From NCBI GenBank assembly GCA_963718575.1, contig OY970358.1:194172-258171 (forward strand): a stretch of DNA of 64,000 nt, written 5' to 3'. Both the position numbers and the translations under genes were made by a program. The notes beneath the pieces are model-generated. The model worked only from the letters and a program-made list of their open reading frames with translations. It did not search any database and was not told the DNA's origin. Positions 46,449-55,400 of the stretch are shown here, one piece after another. The DNA is from an uncultured bacterium (GTDB lineage: Bacteria > Patescibacteriota > Minisyncoccia > UBA6257 > 2-01-FULL-56-20). Numbering within the stretch: the stretch's first letter is position 1; each line of letters starts with the position of its first letter.

Positions 46449-46510
46449 AAAGCCCGCTTGTTTTAAGACCGTTGCGTCTTCGCACTAGGTCGCAAAACAA
46501 GCGGGCTTTT
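46449..46510 (-). terminator. Long-stem intrinsic terminator (gcccgcttgtttt...aaaacaagcgggc)
   Basis: Seen in sequence. 3' of the 46515..46856 gene. Confidence 0.6.
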
Positions 46511-46514
46511 ATAT

Positions 46515-46856
46515 TTACTGCTGTGCCGGGATCATCGGACCGCCGGGAGTGCTCGTGGCACCGCCCGTCGTCTCGCCCGACGGCATATAACCGCCGCCGT
46601 ATCCTCCATCACTCTGCATCATCGAATGTTCGTGGTAGTAGGATCCGCCAAACGCGGCGTGGAGCTCATCGCGAAACTCTCCCGCCTTTACGCCCAGCGC
46701 AAAAACGAAAGCGAGGATCACGATGCCCACGATCCACCAGATCAGGCGATGGCCATGCCCGCATCCGCATCCACACCCGCAGGTGCATCCAGCACCGCAC
46801 GCGCACGTCGTTTTGCCCGTCGATACTATCTTCTGTCCGTTCTTCATTTCGTCCAT
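46515..46856 (-). CDS. Cys/Gly-rich membrane protein (possible metal-binding), hypothetical
   Basis: CACGAGCTCGCGCGCGHGH cluster. One TM helix. Gly/Tyr-rich tail. Confidence 0.4.
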   Translation of the reverse strand: MDEMKNGQKIVSTGKTTCACGAGCTCGCGCGCGHGHRLIWWIVGIVILAFVFALGVKAGEFRDELHAAFGGSYYHEHSMMQSDGGYGGGYMPSGETTGGATSTPGGPMIPAQQ

Positions 46857-46947
46857 CTTTTGAATGACGTTAAAAAAATCCTTTTCATCGACGACCTTTA
46901 CTTTCCCTCATTATACATTATATTGGGAAGTAGTAAATGGAGGCACC

Positions 46948-47259
46948 ATGGAAAACCCTCTAGAGGATGCTCCTATCGCCCATCGCCCTTTTATCGATTT
47001 CACCGTAGGGATGATGCCTTCGGAGCATATCCGTGCATTCGGCAAGCGCGTGCGAAACCTTCGCAAAGAACAAGGCCTTAGCCAACAAACACTTGCCGAT
47101 CGAGCAAATCTAAAACGTCCCTATCTTGCAAGGATAGAAAATGGCCGATGCCTTCCGACGATGAACGGGCATGTAAAACTTGCCTGTGCGCTCGATATTG
47201 AACTCTCTGACTTCGTATATGAAACATGGAGCAGAATCATCTACTCCGTCAATCAATAA
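46948..47259 (+). CDS. XRE-family HTH transcriptional regulator
   Basis: ...IRAFGKRVRNLRKEQGLSQQTLADRANLKRPYLARIENGR..P matches the HTH_3 pattern. Confidence 0.7.
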   Translation: MENPLEDAPIAHRPFIDFTVGMMPSEHIRAFGKRVRNLRKEQGLSQQTLADRANLKRPYLARIENGRCLPTMNGHVKLACALDIELSDFVYETWSRIIYSVNQ

Positions 47260-47275
47260 AAAACTTCTTTTCTTT

Positions 47276-47304
47276 CCCGCGCCCCATCCGGCGCGGGATT
47301 TTTT
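47276..47304 (+). terminator. Intrinsic terminator cccgcgcc-ccatc-cggcgcggg + T-run
   Basis: Seen in sequence. Confidence 0.65.
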
Positions 47305-47343
47305 CTGGAAAAAATCCATAAAATCGGCTACAATCGAAGCATT

Positions 47344-49470
47344 ATGGAACCGCGTTATAATCACGCCGAAGTCGAGAAGAAAATATACGAGCAATGGGAA
47401 AAATCGGGGTATTTTAACCCGGACGTTTGTATAGAAAAAGGCGTGACCGCCGCCGACGCGGAGCCGTTCTCCATCGTGCTTCCGCCGCCGAATGTGACGG
47501 GCACCCTACATATGGGACACGCGGCGATGCTCGTGATCGAAGACATCATGGTGCGCGTAAATCGCATGCGGGGGAAAAAGACGCTCTGGATCCCCGGCAC
47601 CGATCACGCCGCGATCGCTACGCAATCGAAAGTGGAAAAAGATATCGTCAAGGCCGAAGGAAAAAATCGCCACGATCTCGGCCGCGAGGAATTTTTGAAG
47701 CGCGTTCGCGCGTTCGCGCAAGAAAGCCATGACACGATCGTGAATCAAGTGAAGCGTATAGGTGCATCGCTCGACTGGAGCCGCGAAGCATATACGCTCG
47801 ACGATAAACGTGAAATCGCCGTCCGCACTGCGTTCAAAAAGATGTACGACCTCGGTTTGATCTATCGCGGGCATCGCGTGATCAACTGGGACGTCAAAGG
47901 GCAGACCACGATCTCCGACGATGAGATCGTTTACGAAGAGCGCAAAGCAAAATTATATACATTTCGATACGACGAACACTTCCCTATTTCCATCGCCACC
48001 ACGCGCCTTGAAACAAAGTTCGGCGATACCGCCGTCGCAGTGCATCCTTCGGATGATCGTTACAAACAATTCGTCGGAAAAACGTTCGACGTGGATTTTT
48101 GCGGGACGCCGCTCTCCATAAAAGTGATCGCGGACGAATCGGTGGAAAAGGATTTTGGCACCGGCGCGCTCGGCGTCACGCCCGCGCACAGCATGATCGA
48201 CTGGGAGATCGCCCAGCGGCACGACCTGCCGTTCAAGCAAGTAATAGACGAGTATGGAAAGATGACAGTAAATGATCCGCTCGTGCAAGGCAGGAAGACC
48301 GCGGAGGCACGAGAGATCACAGCGGAAGACCTGCGCGCACGCGGCTTGATCGAAAAAGAAGAGGAGATATTGCAGAATGTGGCGACCGCGGAGCGCACCG
48401 GCGGTATCATCGAGCCCCTGCCAAAATTGCAATGGTTTATCGGGGTCAATAAGCCGTTCGGTGATATGAAAAAAACATTAAAAGAATTGATGAAGGAGGC
48501 CGTCACGAAGGATGGCATCGTAATCCTGCCCGAGCGGTTCGAGCGCATTTATTTTAACTGGATCGATAACCTGCGCGACTGGTGCATCTCGCGCCAGATA
48601 TGGTTTGGACATCAGATTCCCGTATGGTACAAGGGCGATGAGATTTTTGTCGGCATCGCAGTGCCTGAGGGTGACGAGTGGATGCAGGATCCTGACACGC
48701 TCGACACATGGTTCTCGTCCGGACTCTGGCCGTTCAGCACGCTCGGCTGGCCGGAAAAGACCGCCGACCTCGGCACGTATTTCCCGAACGCGGTCCTCGA
48801 AACAGGCTATGATATTCTGTTCTTCTGGGTCGCACGTATGATTTTAATGAGCAAAGTATTGATGGACGCCGCACCGTTCAACCGCGTTTACCTGCACGGC
48901 CTTGTCCGCGACGACAAGGGACGCAAGATGTCGAAGAGCCTCGGCAACATCATCGACCCGCTCACGATGGCGGACAAATACGGCGCGGATGCCACTCGCC
49001 TCTCGCTCGTGATCGGCGCTGCTGCGGGCAACGACATCAAGCTCTCCGAAGACCGCATCCGCGGCTATCGCAACTTCTCCACGAAATTGTGGAATATCGC
49101 GCGATTCATCAATATGAACAAGCCAGAAAAGGAGCTGCCGACGAATGTATTCCCCGGCGACCGCGCGGAGATAAAAGAATTAGATGAACTCAAACGCGAC
49201 ATTACCAACCATATCGACGATTTTGAATTCCACCTCGCCGGCGAAAAACTCTATCACTACACCTGGCATCGCCTTGCCGACGAGATCATCGAACAGGAAA
49301 AGAAAAAACTGGCCGATGGCACCGACGCAGAAAAGGCGCAGTCCTACGCGCTGCTCGAACGCCTCCTCCTTGGGTCAGTCACGATGCTTCACCCATTTAT
49401 GCCTTTCATCACCGAGGAGATCTATCAGATCTTCCGCCCGGGAAAGATGCTGATGGTGGAAAAATGGTAA
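47344..49470 (+). CDS. valS: Valyl-tRNA synthetase (short form, 708 aa)
   Basis: PPPNVTGTLHMGHA (HIGH) and KMSKSLGN (KMSKS). TACAAT -10 lies 9 nt upstream of the ATG (near-leaderless). Confidence 0.85.
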   Translation: MEPRYNHAEVEKKIYEQWEKSGYFNPDVCIEKGVTAADAEPFSIVLPPPNVTGTLHMGHAAMLVIEDIMVRVNRMRGKKTLWIPGTDHAAIATQSKVEKDIVKAEGKNRHDLGREEFLKRVRAFAQESHDTIVNQVKRIGASLDWSREAYTLDDKREIAVRTAFKKMYDLGLIYRGHRVINWDVKGQTTISDDEIVYEERKAKLYTFRYDEHFPISIATTRLETKFGDTAVAVHPSDDRYKQFVGKTFDVDFCGTPLSIKVIADESVEKDFGTGALGVTPAHSMIDWEIAQRHDLPFKQVIDEYGKMTVNDPLVQGRKTAEAREITAEDLRARGLIEKEEEILQNVATAERTGGIIEPLPKLQWFIGVNKPFGDMKKTLKELMKEAVTKDGIVILPERFERIYFNWIDNLRDWCISRQIWFGHQIPVWYKGDEIFVGIAVPEGDEWMQDPDTLDTWFSSGLWPFSTLGWPEKTADLGTYFPNAVLETGYDILFFWVARMILMSKVLMDAAPFNRVYLHGLVRDDKGRKMSKSLGNIIDPLTMADKYGADATRLSLVIGAAAGNDIKLSEDRIRGYRNFSTKLWNIARFINMNKPEKELPTNVFPGDRAEIKELDELKRDITNHIDDFEFHLAGEKLYHYTWHRLADEIIEQEKKKLADGTDAEKAQSYALLERLLLGSVTMLHPFMPFITEEIYQIFRPGKMLMVEKW

Positions 49471-49551
49471 GCGCCCTGCCAGCCATTGACTCGTCGACTT
49501 AAAAGATGTATATTTTCGACCAGTTAGTAACCAGACTGGAGGAGTCGGGAT

Positions 49552-50064
49552 ATGGATATCAAAGCACTTCAAGCGGCTGCAGAGAAACTCGATGCGTCAG
49601 CGAAAAAGATCAACCACCTCAACCCAAAGCAGCTAAGGGTTGCTCGGCTGATCACGGAAGAGCATGTGATGGATGAGATCGCCAGCTTGCTCAAGACGTC
49701 CAGGCTCATCGTGCGACGCCATGTCCATAAAATTCATGGCATCCTCGATACCAAAGACCTAACCCAGTTGGCAATCGTGATCTACTGGAAAGAACTGATG
49801 GAGGATGATGATCCCGGCACGCCGAACAGACCCCTTTGCGAGCTATTGTCGCCCAAGGAGCTCGAGGTTGCCTATCTCATTCTCGATGAATCCAGCAATA
49901 GGGAGATCGGCGTTCGGCTCGCTATCGCGCTCGACACCGTCGAAAATTACATCCAGCATATTTTCAACAAACTCGGGATGTCCAGCAGGATTGAAGTTGC
50001 CCACTATGTTGTTCGTGAAATCTTCTTTGCCACCCACACCATTTACTCCCCGGTGCCTCAATGA
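49552..50064 (+). CDS. Regulator with two tandem LuxR/GerE-type HTH domains
   Basis: Two copies of the L(N/S)PK(Q/E)L..A.LI...S..EIA..L..S..TV..H...I..KL pattern. Confidence 0.6.
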   Translation: MDIKALQAAAEKLDASAKKINHLNPKQLRVARLITEEHVMDEIASLLKTSRLIVRRHVHKIHGILDTKDLTQLAIVIYWKELMEDDDPGTPNRPLCELLSPKELEVAYLILDESSNREIGVRLAIALDTVENYIQHIFNKLGMSSRIEVAHYVVREIFFATHTIYSPVPQ

Positions 50065-50104
50065 GGCCCGGGGAGTTTCACTATTATCATGGTAGAATAA
50101 GGTC

Positions 50105-50797
50105 ATGGTGATGCTCGTCCTTTCTATCGTCGCCGGACTGCTCCCCGGCTTCGCGTGGCTTATGTTCTATCTCGGTGAGGCTACGCACGCAGAGCCGAAG
50201 CGGCTCATCGCGTTCACGTTCATCGTAGGCATGGCCTTCGGGTTCTTCACCGTCGCGATCGAGAATATTTTCAACGGGTGGGCGTCCAGGATCGGCATCC
50301 AGGAACTCTCGCTCCTGTCGCTCTTCGGCCTCGCCATTATCGAGGAACTGATGAAGTTCGCCGCGGCGCACTTTGCCGTGAACCGCGCGCCGGAGTTCAA
50401 CGAACCGGCGGATGCGATGATCTATATGATCGTCGCGGCGCTCGGCTTTGCCACGCTCGAGAACATCGGCGCGATCGCCGGCATCTCACCGTCCGCAACG
50501 CTCATCCCCGCCGTGCTCGAGACCATCTCGTTGCGATTCGTGGGCGCCACGCTCCTCCACACGCTCACGTCGGGCATCGTCGGTTACTACTGGGCGGTCG
50601 GCATCGTGGAAGGGAAAGCGAAGCGCTTCCTCGCGGTCGGCATCACGGTCGCCGCTATTTTACACGCCACCTTCAACTATCTTATCGTCACCTATGGAGG
50701 TGCGGTCTATTCTGTGATATTCTTGATGATAGTCGGATTCTTTGTATTGAACGATTTTGAAGCACTCAAGGCGAAGCCAATCAACCTTATCGTATAA
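50105..50797 (+). CDS. PrsW-family intramembrane metalloprotease
   Basis: EELMKF and FATLEN motifs. Polytopic. Confidence 0.7.
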   Translation: MVMLVLSIVAGLLPGFAWLMFYLGEATHAEPKRLIAFTFIVGMAFGFFTVAIENIFNGWASRIGIQELSLLSLFGLAIIEELMKFAAAHFAVNRAPEFNEPADAMIYMIVAALGFATLENIGAIAGISPSATLIPAVLETISLRFVGATLLHTLTSGIVGYYWAVGIVEGKAKRFLAVGITVAAILHATFNYLIVTYGGAVYSVIFLMIVGFFVLNDFEALKAKPINLIV

Positions 50798-50818
50798 ACA
50801 ATTTGCTATAATAATTTT

Positions 50819-51343
50819 ATGATCATAAACAGCGAGGACGAGAAATTTTTTGAGGATCTTGCCGGCGCGAAGACGGAAGCCGACGGCGAGTACGACGTGG
50901 AACTCGTGAAGGCGTCGAGCGGCGCAGTTGCTTCGCGCCCGGCATCCGCCGCGCCGAAGATGATCCGCACCGCAAAAGAAGACAAAGAGGATCTCTGGGC
51001 CGACGGCGAACCGGAAGGCCAGCTGACGGTGGACGTCTATCAGACGGCGAACGACATCGTCGTGGAATCCGCGATTGCGGGCGTGGCGCCGGACGACATC
51101 GATGTGAACGTCACCACCGACTCGATCTCCATCCGCGGCTCGCGCAAGCGCGAGAAGACCGTGCGCGACGATGATTACCTCTATCAGGAATGCTACTGGG
51201 GCAAATTCGGCCGCTCCATCATATTGCCGCAGGAAGTTGACCCGGAAGGCGCGGTGGTCAAGTTCAAGAACGGGATTCTGACGGTGACCCTGCCAAAAGC
51301 GAATAAGAAGAAGATCCACAAGTTGAAGATTCGGGTGGACTAA
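50819..51343 (+). CDS. Hsp20/alpha-crystallin family small heat-shock protein
   Basis: ...GQLTVDVYQTANDIVVESAIAGVAPDDIDVNVT...GILTVTLPK alpha-crystallin domain. Confidence 0.8.
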   Translation: MIINSEDEKFFEDLAGAKTEADGEYDVELVKASSGAVASRPASAAPKMIRTAKEDKEDLWADGEPEGQLTVDVYQTANDIVVESAIAGVAPDDIDVNVTTDSISIRGSRKREKTVRDDDYLYQECYWGKFGRSIILPQEVDPEGAVVKFKNGILTVTLPKANKKKIHKLKIRVD

Positions 51344-51344
51344 G

Positions 51345-51459
51345 GGCCTAAGTGACACACCTTTCGAAAGGACGGCGTTCCGATCTGCTGACCGGCCGCC
51401 TTAGCTCTCAGCGCCTTCGCGCTTCCGACACACCTTCCAAAAGGTGTGTCACTTAGGCC
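51345..51459. repeat. Structured repeat element, copy B (2 nt after the hsp20 stop)
   Basis: 20-27-bp inverted arms ggcctaagtgacacaccttt... around a core ~80% identical to the core of 5805..5922. Confidence 0.6.
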
Positions 51460-51539
51460 AATAATAAACCCCGATATATCAACTTGCGTAAATTATTCTT
51501 TTCCGCTATAATCTTTCAGTAATTTAACCAATCAAAGAC

Positions 51540-51761
51540 ATGAGGAAATGCGCCAAGTGCGAGAAAACTTCACAGATGGGCGGACACCGGATTTTGCTCC
51601 GCGGCCATTACAATCCCACGAACTGGACCCGAAAGTATCCGAATTTGCAGTACGCGACGATCGACGGCAAGCGCCAGCTCGTTTGCACCGGCTGCTTAAG
51701 GACTTTGCATAAAGCGCCGCACAAGGTAGTGCGCAAGACGGCGGTTACGGCGGCAAAATAA
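51540..51761 (+). CDS. rpmB: 50S ribosomal protein L28 (Zn-ribbon type)
   Basis: ...RKYPNLQ... and two CxxC pairs. 73 aa. TATAAT box ~28 nt upstream. Confidence 0.7.
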   Translation: MRKCAKCEKTSQMGGHRILLRGHYNPTNWTRKYPNLQYATIDGKRQLVCTGCLRTLHKAPHKVVRKTAVTAAK

Positions 51762-51780
51762 CTTTTTTAAACTTAATAGC

Positions 51781-53112
51781 ATGCTGAAAGAGGGTGCCTA
51801 TGCTGAAGTTGAGCCAGATTCGAATGAAAGCATCGAGCAAATAAAATCCCCTGAAATTCCCGACGAAAATTATGGAGAGCTGCTTCTTTCTGGCGATCTC
51901 GCCGGCGAAGGAGGAAGAGCTGTTATCGTAAAGCTCTCTCGCGATAATGTAGCGGAAAATCTTCGGCCCGCATATAAATCATTGAGCCTCGACAGAGAGG
52001 CCGAGGAAAAAGCTGTTAAGGTTTTTAAACTCTATCTCCCCAATAAAGGAAAGAATGAGTACGAAATACACTCGAGGATGCAAAGAATGATCGAAGAACT
52101 GCCGGATGATCAAAAGAATGAGTTTGCTCGCGTGCCGACACTTTCTTCATCCCGAGATATTTCACTTACTCCAGATATGCGACATAAACTCGAAGAACAT
52201 TTCCAACTTTCCAGCCTTGGCGAACGATCCATCCTTATCACTATGGAATATATCGACGGCGAAGATCTTGCGACTATTTTTTATAAATGGATACTGGAAC
52301 ATAAAAGTGACGATGCCCAACGGATGGTTATTCCTTCTTATAAAACAGACATGATGAGCTTTGGCGAGTTATATATTGCGTTGGCAAAAAAACTTAACCT
52401 CGAATCCCCTCCTGAGGGTATAGATGCACCCCAAGAGGTTCTCGAACGAGCAGAATGGAAAGTGTCCCAGAGAAATGCGGATAAAATATATAGCTACCTC
52501 CGAAAGTATAATTTCCCAATGCCGCCTCAAGTCGCATCTCGCCTAGAAAATACCCTCAAACTCATGCACAAGGGGCGCATGACGCACGGCGATGCTTTTG
52601 AGAGAAATATTATGCTTACCGGAGGTTCTAAGGCCTTAAGAGAAAAAGGCACGCTTGAAGGTGAAGATACCTTTTTGATCGATTTTGGAGAATCGCGCGA
52701 TCACTTTGTTGAGTCGGTCGATGATTTCAATGTCGTGCGGCGATTAAAAACCCTTTCACTCTCCCGTGATCAGGAAATCCAACTGGCCAAAAGCAAAGAA
52801 TTTGAAGATATAAATACTAAAGCAGAGTTAATAAAAGGGAATGGAAAATGGCGCCAGACCTATGAAGCCATAAAGAAGCAGGCAAAATCGGATCCAGAAA
52901 AAGCCATTATAAGCGCGTGGAATAATACCGCGATACTTAAAGAGAGCGGCGTGGAAGATTTCTCGATTATCGTAAGGGGGCTTATTGAAGAAGGATTAGT
53001 ACAAAAGGCTATCGCTGCTGATTTTTTAAAAGAAAAAGGCAAGGAAAAAATGACCCCGTTTAGAAAGAATCTCTTAGCGAAATGCGCAGAGTGGTTAAAT
53101 ATCGACGCATAA
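51781..53112 (+). CDS. Protein-kinase-like fold protein (APH/ePK-like catalytic motifs), hypothetical
   Basis: HGDAFERNIML (HxDxxxxN catalytic loop) and IDFGES (DFG). 443 aa. Markedly AT-rich relative to the genome. Confidence 0.45.
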   Translation: MLKEGAYAEVEPDSNESIEQIKSPEIPDENYGELLLSGDLAGEGGRAVIVKLSRDNVAENLRPAYKSLSLDREAEEKAVKVFKLYLPNKGKNEYEIHSRMQRMIEELPDDQKNEFARVPTLSSSRDISLTPDMRHKLEEHFQLSSLGERSILITMEYIDGEDLATIFYKWILEHKSDDAQRMVIPSYKTDMMSFGELYIALAKKLNLESPPEGIDAPQEVLERAEWKVSQRNADKIYSYLRKYNFPMPPQVASRLENTLKLMHKGRMTHGDAFERNIMLTGGSKALREKGTLEGEDTFLIDFGESRDHFVESVDDFNVVRRLKTLSLSRDQEIQLAKSKEFEDINTKAELIKGNGKWRQTYEAIKKQAKSDPEKAIISAWNNTAILKESGVEDFSIIVRGLIEEGLVQKAIAADFLKEKGKEKMTPFRKNLLAKCAEWLNIDA

Positions 53113-53140
53113 GTTATATTAACAAGGCGTAAACACAGGA

Positions 53141-53211
53141 CGGGCCGTAGTATACCGGCAGTACGAGCGCATGGGGTGCGTTTAGACCGGGTTCGATTCC
53201 CGGCGGCCCGA
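53141..53211 (+). tRNA. tRNA-Pro (GGG)
   Basis: Manual fold with C1:G72 acceptor pair (typical of bacterial tRNA-Pro), anticodon loop atGGGgt, T-arm ccggg-ttcgatt-cccgg. Confidence 0.55.
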
Positions 53212-53257
53212 CAATCAGAAAAAGAAAAGGGATGGTCTTTCGGCCATCCCTCGTCGA

Positions 53258-53710
53258 TCAATTTTTGTTTCTCATTTTTGCATTGGTGATCATGTCAGCG
53301 ATCTCCCGATATCGACGAGCGGCATCTCCCACGCTGTATCCCCGGGAATTGAGGATGTGTTCCAATTCTCCCCTCTTCTGTTTGAATGACGCAAGCTCTT
53401 CCTGGGCGTCCGGATACGCTTCGAACACGCTTGCCCCACCCCAAAAGTACCAAAAAACTTCCCTAAGGTGTTTCCACAACTCCTCCTCGCAAAGCTCGGC
53501 GACCGCTTCAAAGTCTTTCATGACCTGAGCCACCCGCCGCCCCTCGCCGGTCATGGCAGTTTCATATGCGTTATTTGCCAGCATCCGGCGATTGCAGACT
53601 CCCTGGGAAAATTCAAAGTCAAGATACTCATTTGCGATGGCGTTAAGCGCCTCGACCCGAAGCTTTGGTGCGTGGAGTAGTTCGTTTTCGTTCACGGCAA
53701 CGATCAACAT
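53258..53710 (-). CDS. Hypothetical all-alpha protein with C-terminal Rx4H motif (possible HEPN-like)
   Basis: ...KQKRGELEHILNSRG. R-X4-H near the C-terminus. 150 aa. Speculative. Confidence 0.3.
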   Translation of the reverse strand: MLIVAVNENELLHAPKLRVEALNAIANEYLDFEFSQGVCNRRMLANNAYETAMTGEGRRVAQVMKDFEAVAELCEEELWKHLREVFWYFWGGASVFEAYPDAQEELASFKQKRGELEHILNSRGYSVGDAARRYREIADMITNAKMRNKN

Positions 53711-53774
53711 ATAACTCCTCCTTTTTTGCAGAGCCGATCGTCCCCTGCAACACTGTTTATAGTATTAAGAAACA

Positions 53775-54698
53775 TTGTCCGCATGTCAATGGAGGAGTAT
53801 AATGAACGCAATGGATGAGACTTTTGCGCTAAACGCCACGAATGAGCTGACGGAACACGTCACGTACCATAAGCTCGCATTGATGGAAAAGAACACCGCG
53901 AACCGTGATGCGCTTGAGCGGCTTTCGGTGCAGGAGAAAACACATTATGAGTTCTGGCAATCGCTCCTGCCGGAGGCAAAGGCCAAAGCGATCCGCGCGC
54001 GATGGTATACCGTCTGGGGCGTCTCATTTTTGCGCGTGGCGTTCGGCGTGACGTTCATCACAAAGTTCCTGGAAACGCACGAGACCGGTGCCGTGGGGAA
54101 ATATCAAAGCATGCTCGGTTCGATTCCCGAATCACATAAAGCTCGTTTCCTTCAAATAATAGAAGACGAAAAATCGCATGAACGGGCATTGATCGCCCAG
54201 CTCAAAGAGAAGCGCGTGAGCTACATCGGCTTCGTCGTGCTCGGCCTCGCGGACGCGATCGTCGAGATCACGGGCGTCCACGCCGGATTCCTCGGCGTCA
54301 CCGGCTCCACGCTCATCGCCGGCATCGCCGGCGTCATCGTGGGATTCTCCGCAGCGATCTCCATGGGTTCGGCGGGGTATCTGCAGGCAAAGCAGGACCC
54401 GGAAAAGTCCGCGCTCCTTTCGGGATTCATCACGTGGGCATCGTACTTCTGCTCCGTCATCCTGCTCGCACTCCCCTACTTTTTGATCCGCGTGATGATC
54501 CCCGCGTTCATCGTCTCCGCATCCGTCGGCATCCTGCTCGTCGCCGCGTTCACCTTCTACGGCGCCGTCGTCTTCGACCGCACGTTCTGGCGCGAATTTG
54601 CGGAGACCGTAACGCTGATGCTCGCCACCGCGCTTGCCACATTCCTGCTCGGCATCGTCGTCGGCGGCATCTTCCATATCAATACCGGAAGTTTTTAG
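53775..54698 (+). CDS. VIT1/CCC1-family iron/manganese transporter with N-terminal ferritin-like domain
   Basis: N-terminal E..H-containing four-helix region (EKTHYEFWQ, DEKSHER). C-terminal 5 TM helices. Confidence 0.65.
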   Translation: MSACQWRSIMNAMDETFALNATNELTEHVTYHKLALMEKNTANRDALERLSVQEKTHYEFWQSLLPEAKAKAIRARWYTVWGVSFLRVAFGVTFITKFLETHETGAVGKYQSMLGSIPESHKARFLQIIEDEKSHERALIAQLKEKRVSYIGFVVLGLADAIVEITGVHAGFLGVTGSTLIAGIAGVIVGFSAAISMGSAGYLQAKQDPEKSALLSGFITWASYFCSVILLALPYFLIRVMIPAFIVSASVGILLVAAFTFYGAVVFDRTFWREFAETVTLMLATALATFLLGIVVGGIFHINTGSF

Positions 54699-54711
54699 AT
54701 TATTTCTCCGG

Positions 54712-54788
54712 GATTTAAAAAGGGCGCCTGCTTTTGTGACCGTTGTTTCTTAACACTAAGTCTCAAAAGCAGATGCCCTTTTTAAATC
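54712..54788. terminator. 25-bp near-perfect inverted repeat (gatttaaaaagggcgcctgcttttg / caaaagcagatgccctttttaaatc), bidirectional terminator-like
   Basis: Seen in sequence downstream of the VIT gene. Confidence 0.5.
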
Positions 54789-55025
54789 CCGTCAGATTTC
54801 TGGCGCAACAGCCAGGTGGGTGGACTCAACTGCGGTCCACGGACGGCAGAGATTTGTCCTCCCCTTTAAAATTGTTTGATCCGAAATCTGCGCGGGATCT
54901 GACTCTATTATACCACCGCTCCGGCAAAAGATATCAATGTGCATAGCGCTTCACTACCACAAAGCCCATTAAATCTATATTAAAAGAGTTTTGACTTCCC
55001 CATTGTAAGGATTATCCTTATTGGC

Positions 55026-55388
55026 ATGATAAAAAAGCAAAAAGCGAAAAAGATGACCCTTGAGGATCTCGCGGTAAGAATAGACAAAAAGATAGATAGT
55101 AAGATAGATAAATCCATAGGCGATCTGGCGATCAAGGTCCAGGAAGGATTTATGGCGACCGCGAAAGACCTGCTTTCACTCACCGAACGGGTAAAATCCA
55201 TTGAAGAACGACTCGCCGGATACGACAAGGAGTTCGGAGGTATTCACAGCAACTTTGATATCGTTTTCACTGAGCTGAAAAGCATCCGGGAGCGCCTCGA
55301 TCGGATAGAAAAGAACGATACGAGCGCCGAAGTCATCAACCTCGACCTTCGCGTGAAAAAACTGGAAAAGAAGGCCGGATTGAAGTAG
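55026..55388 (+). CDS. Small coiled-coil protein, paralog family member 3
   Basis: 120 aa. Aligns with 19197..19481. Upstream aaaagagttttgact motif is shared with the other two paralogs. Confidence 0.5.
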   Translation: MIKKQKAKKMTLEDLAVRIDKKIDSKIDKSIGDLAIKVQEGFMATAKDLLSLTERVKSIEERLAGYDKEFGGIHSNFDIVFTELKSIRERLDRIEKNDTSAEVINLDLRVKKLEKKAGLK

Positions 55389-55400
55389 AATCAGTCTGCA

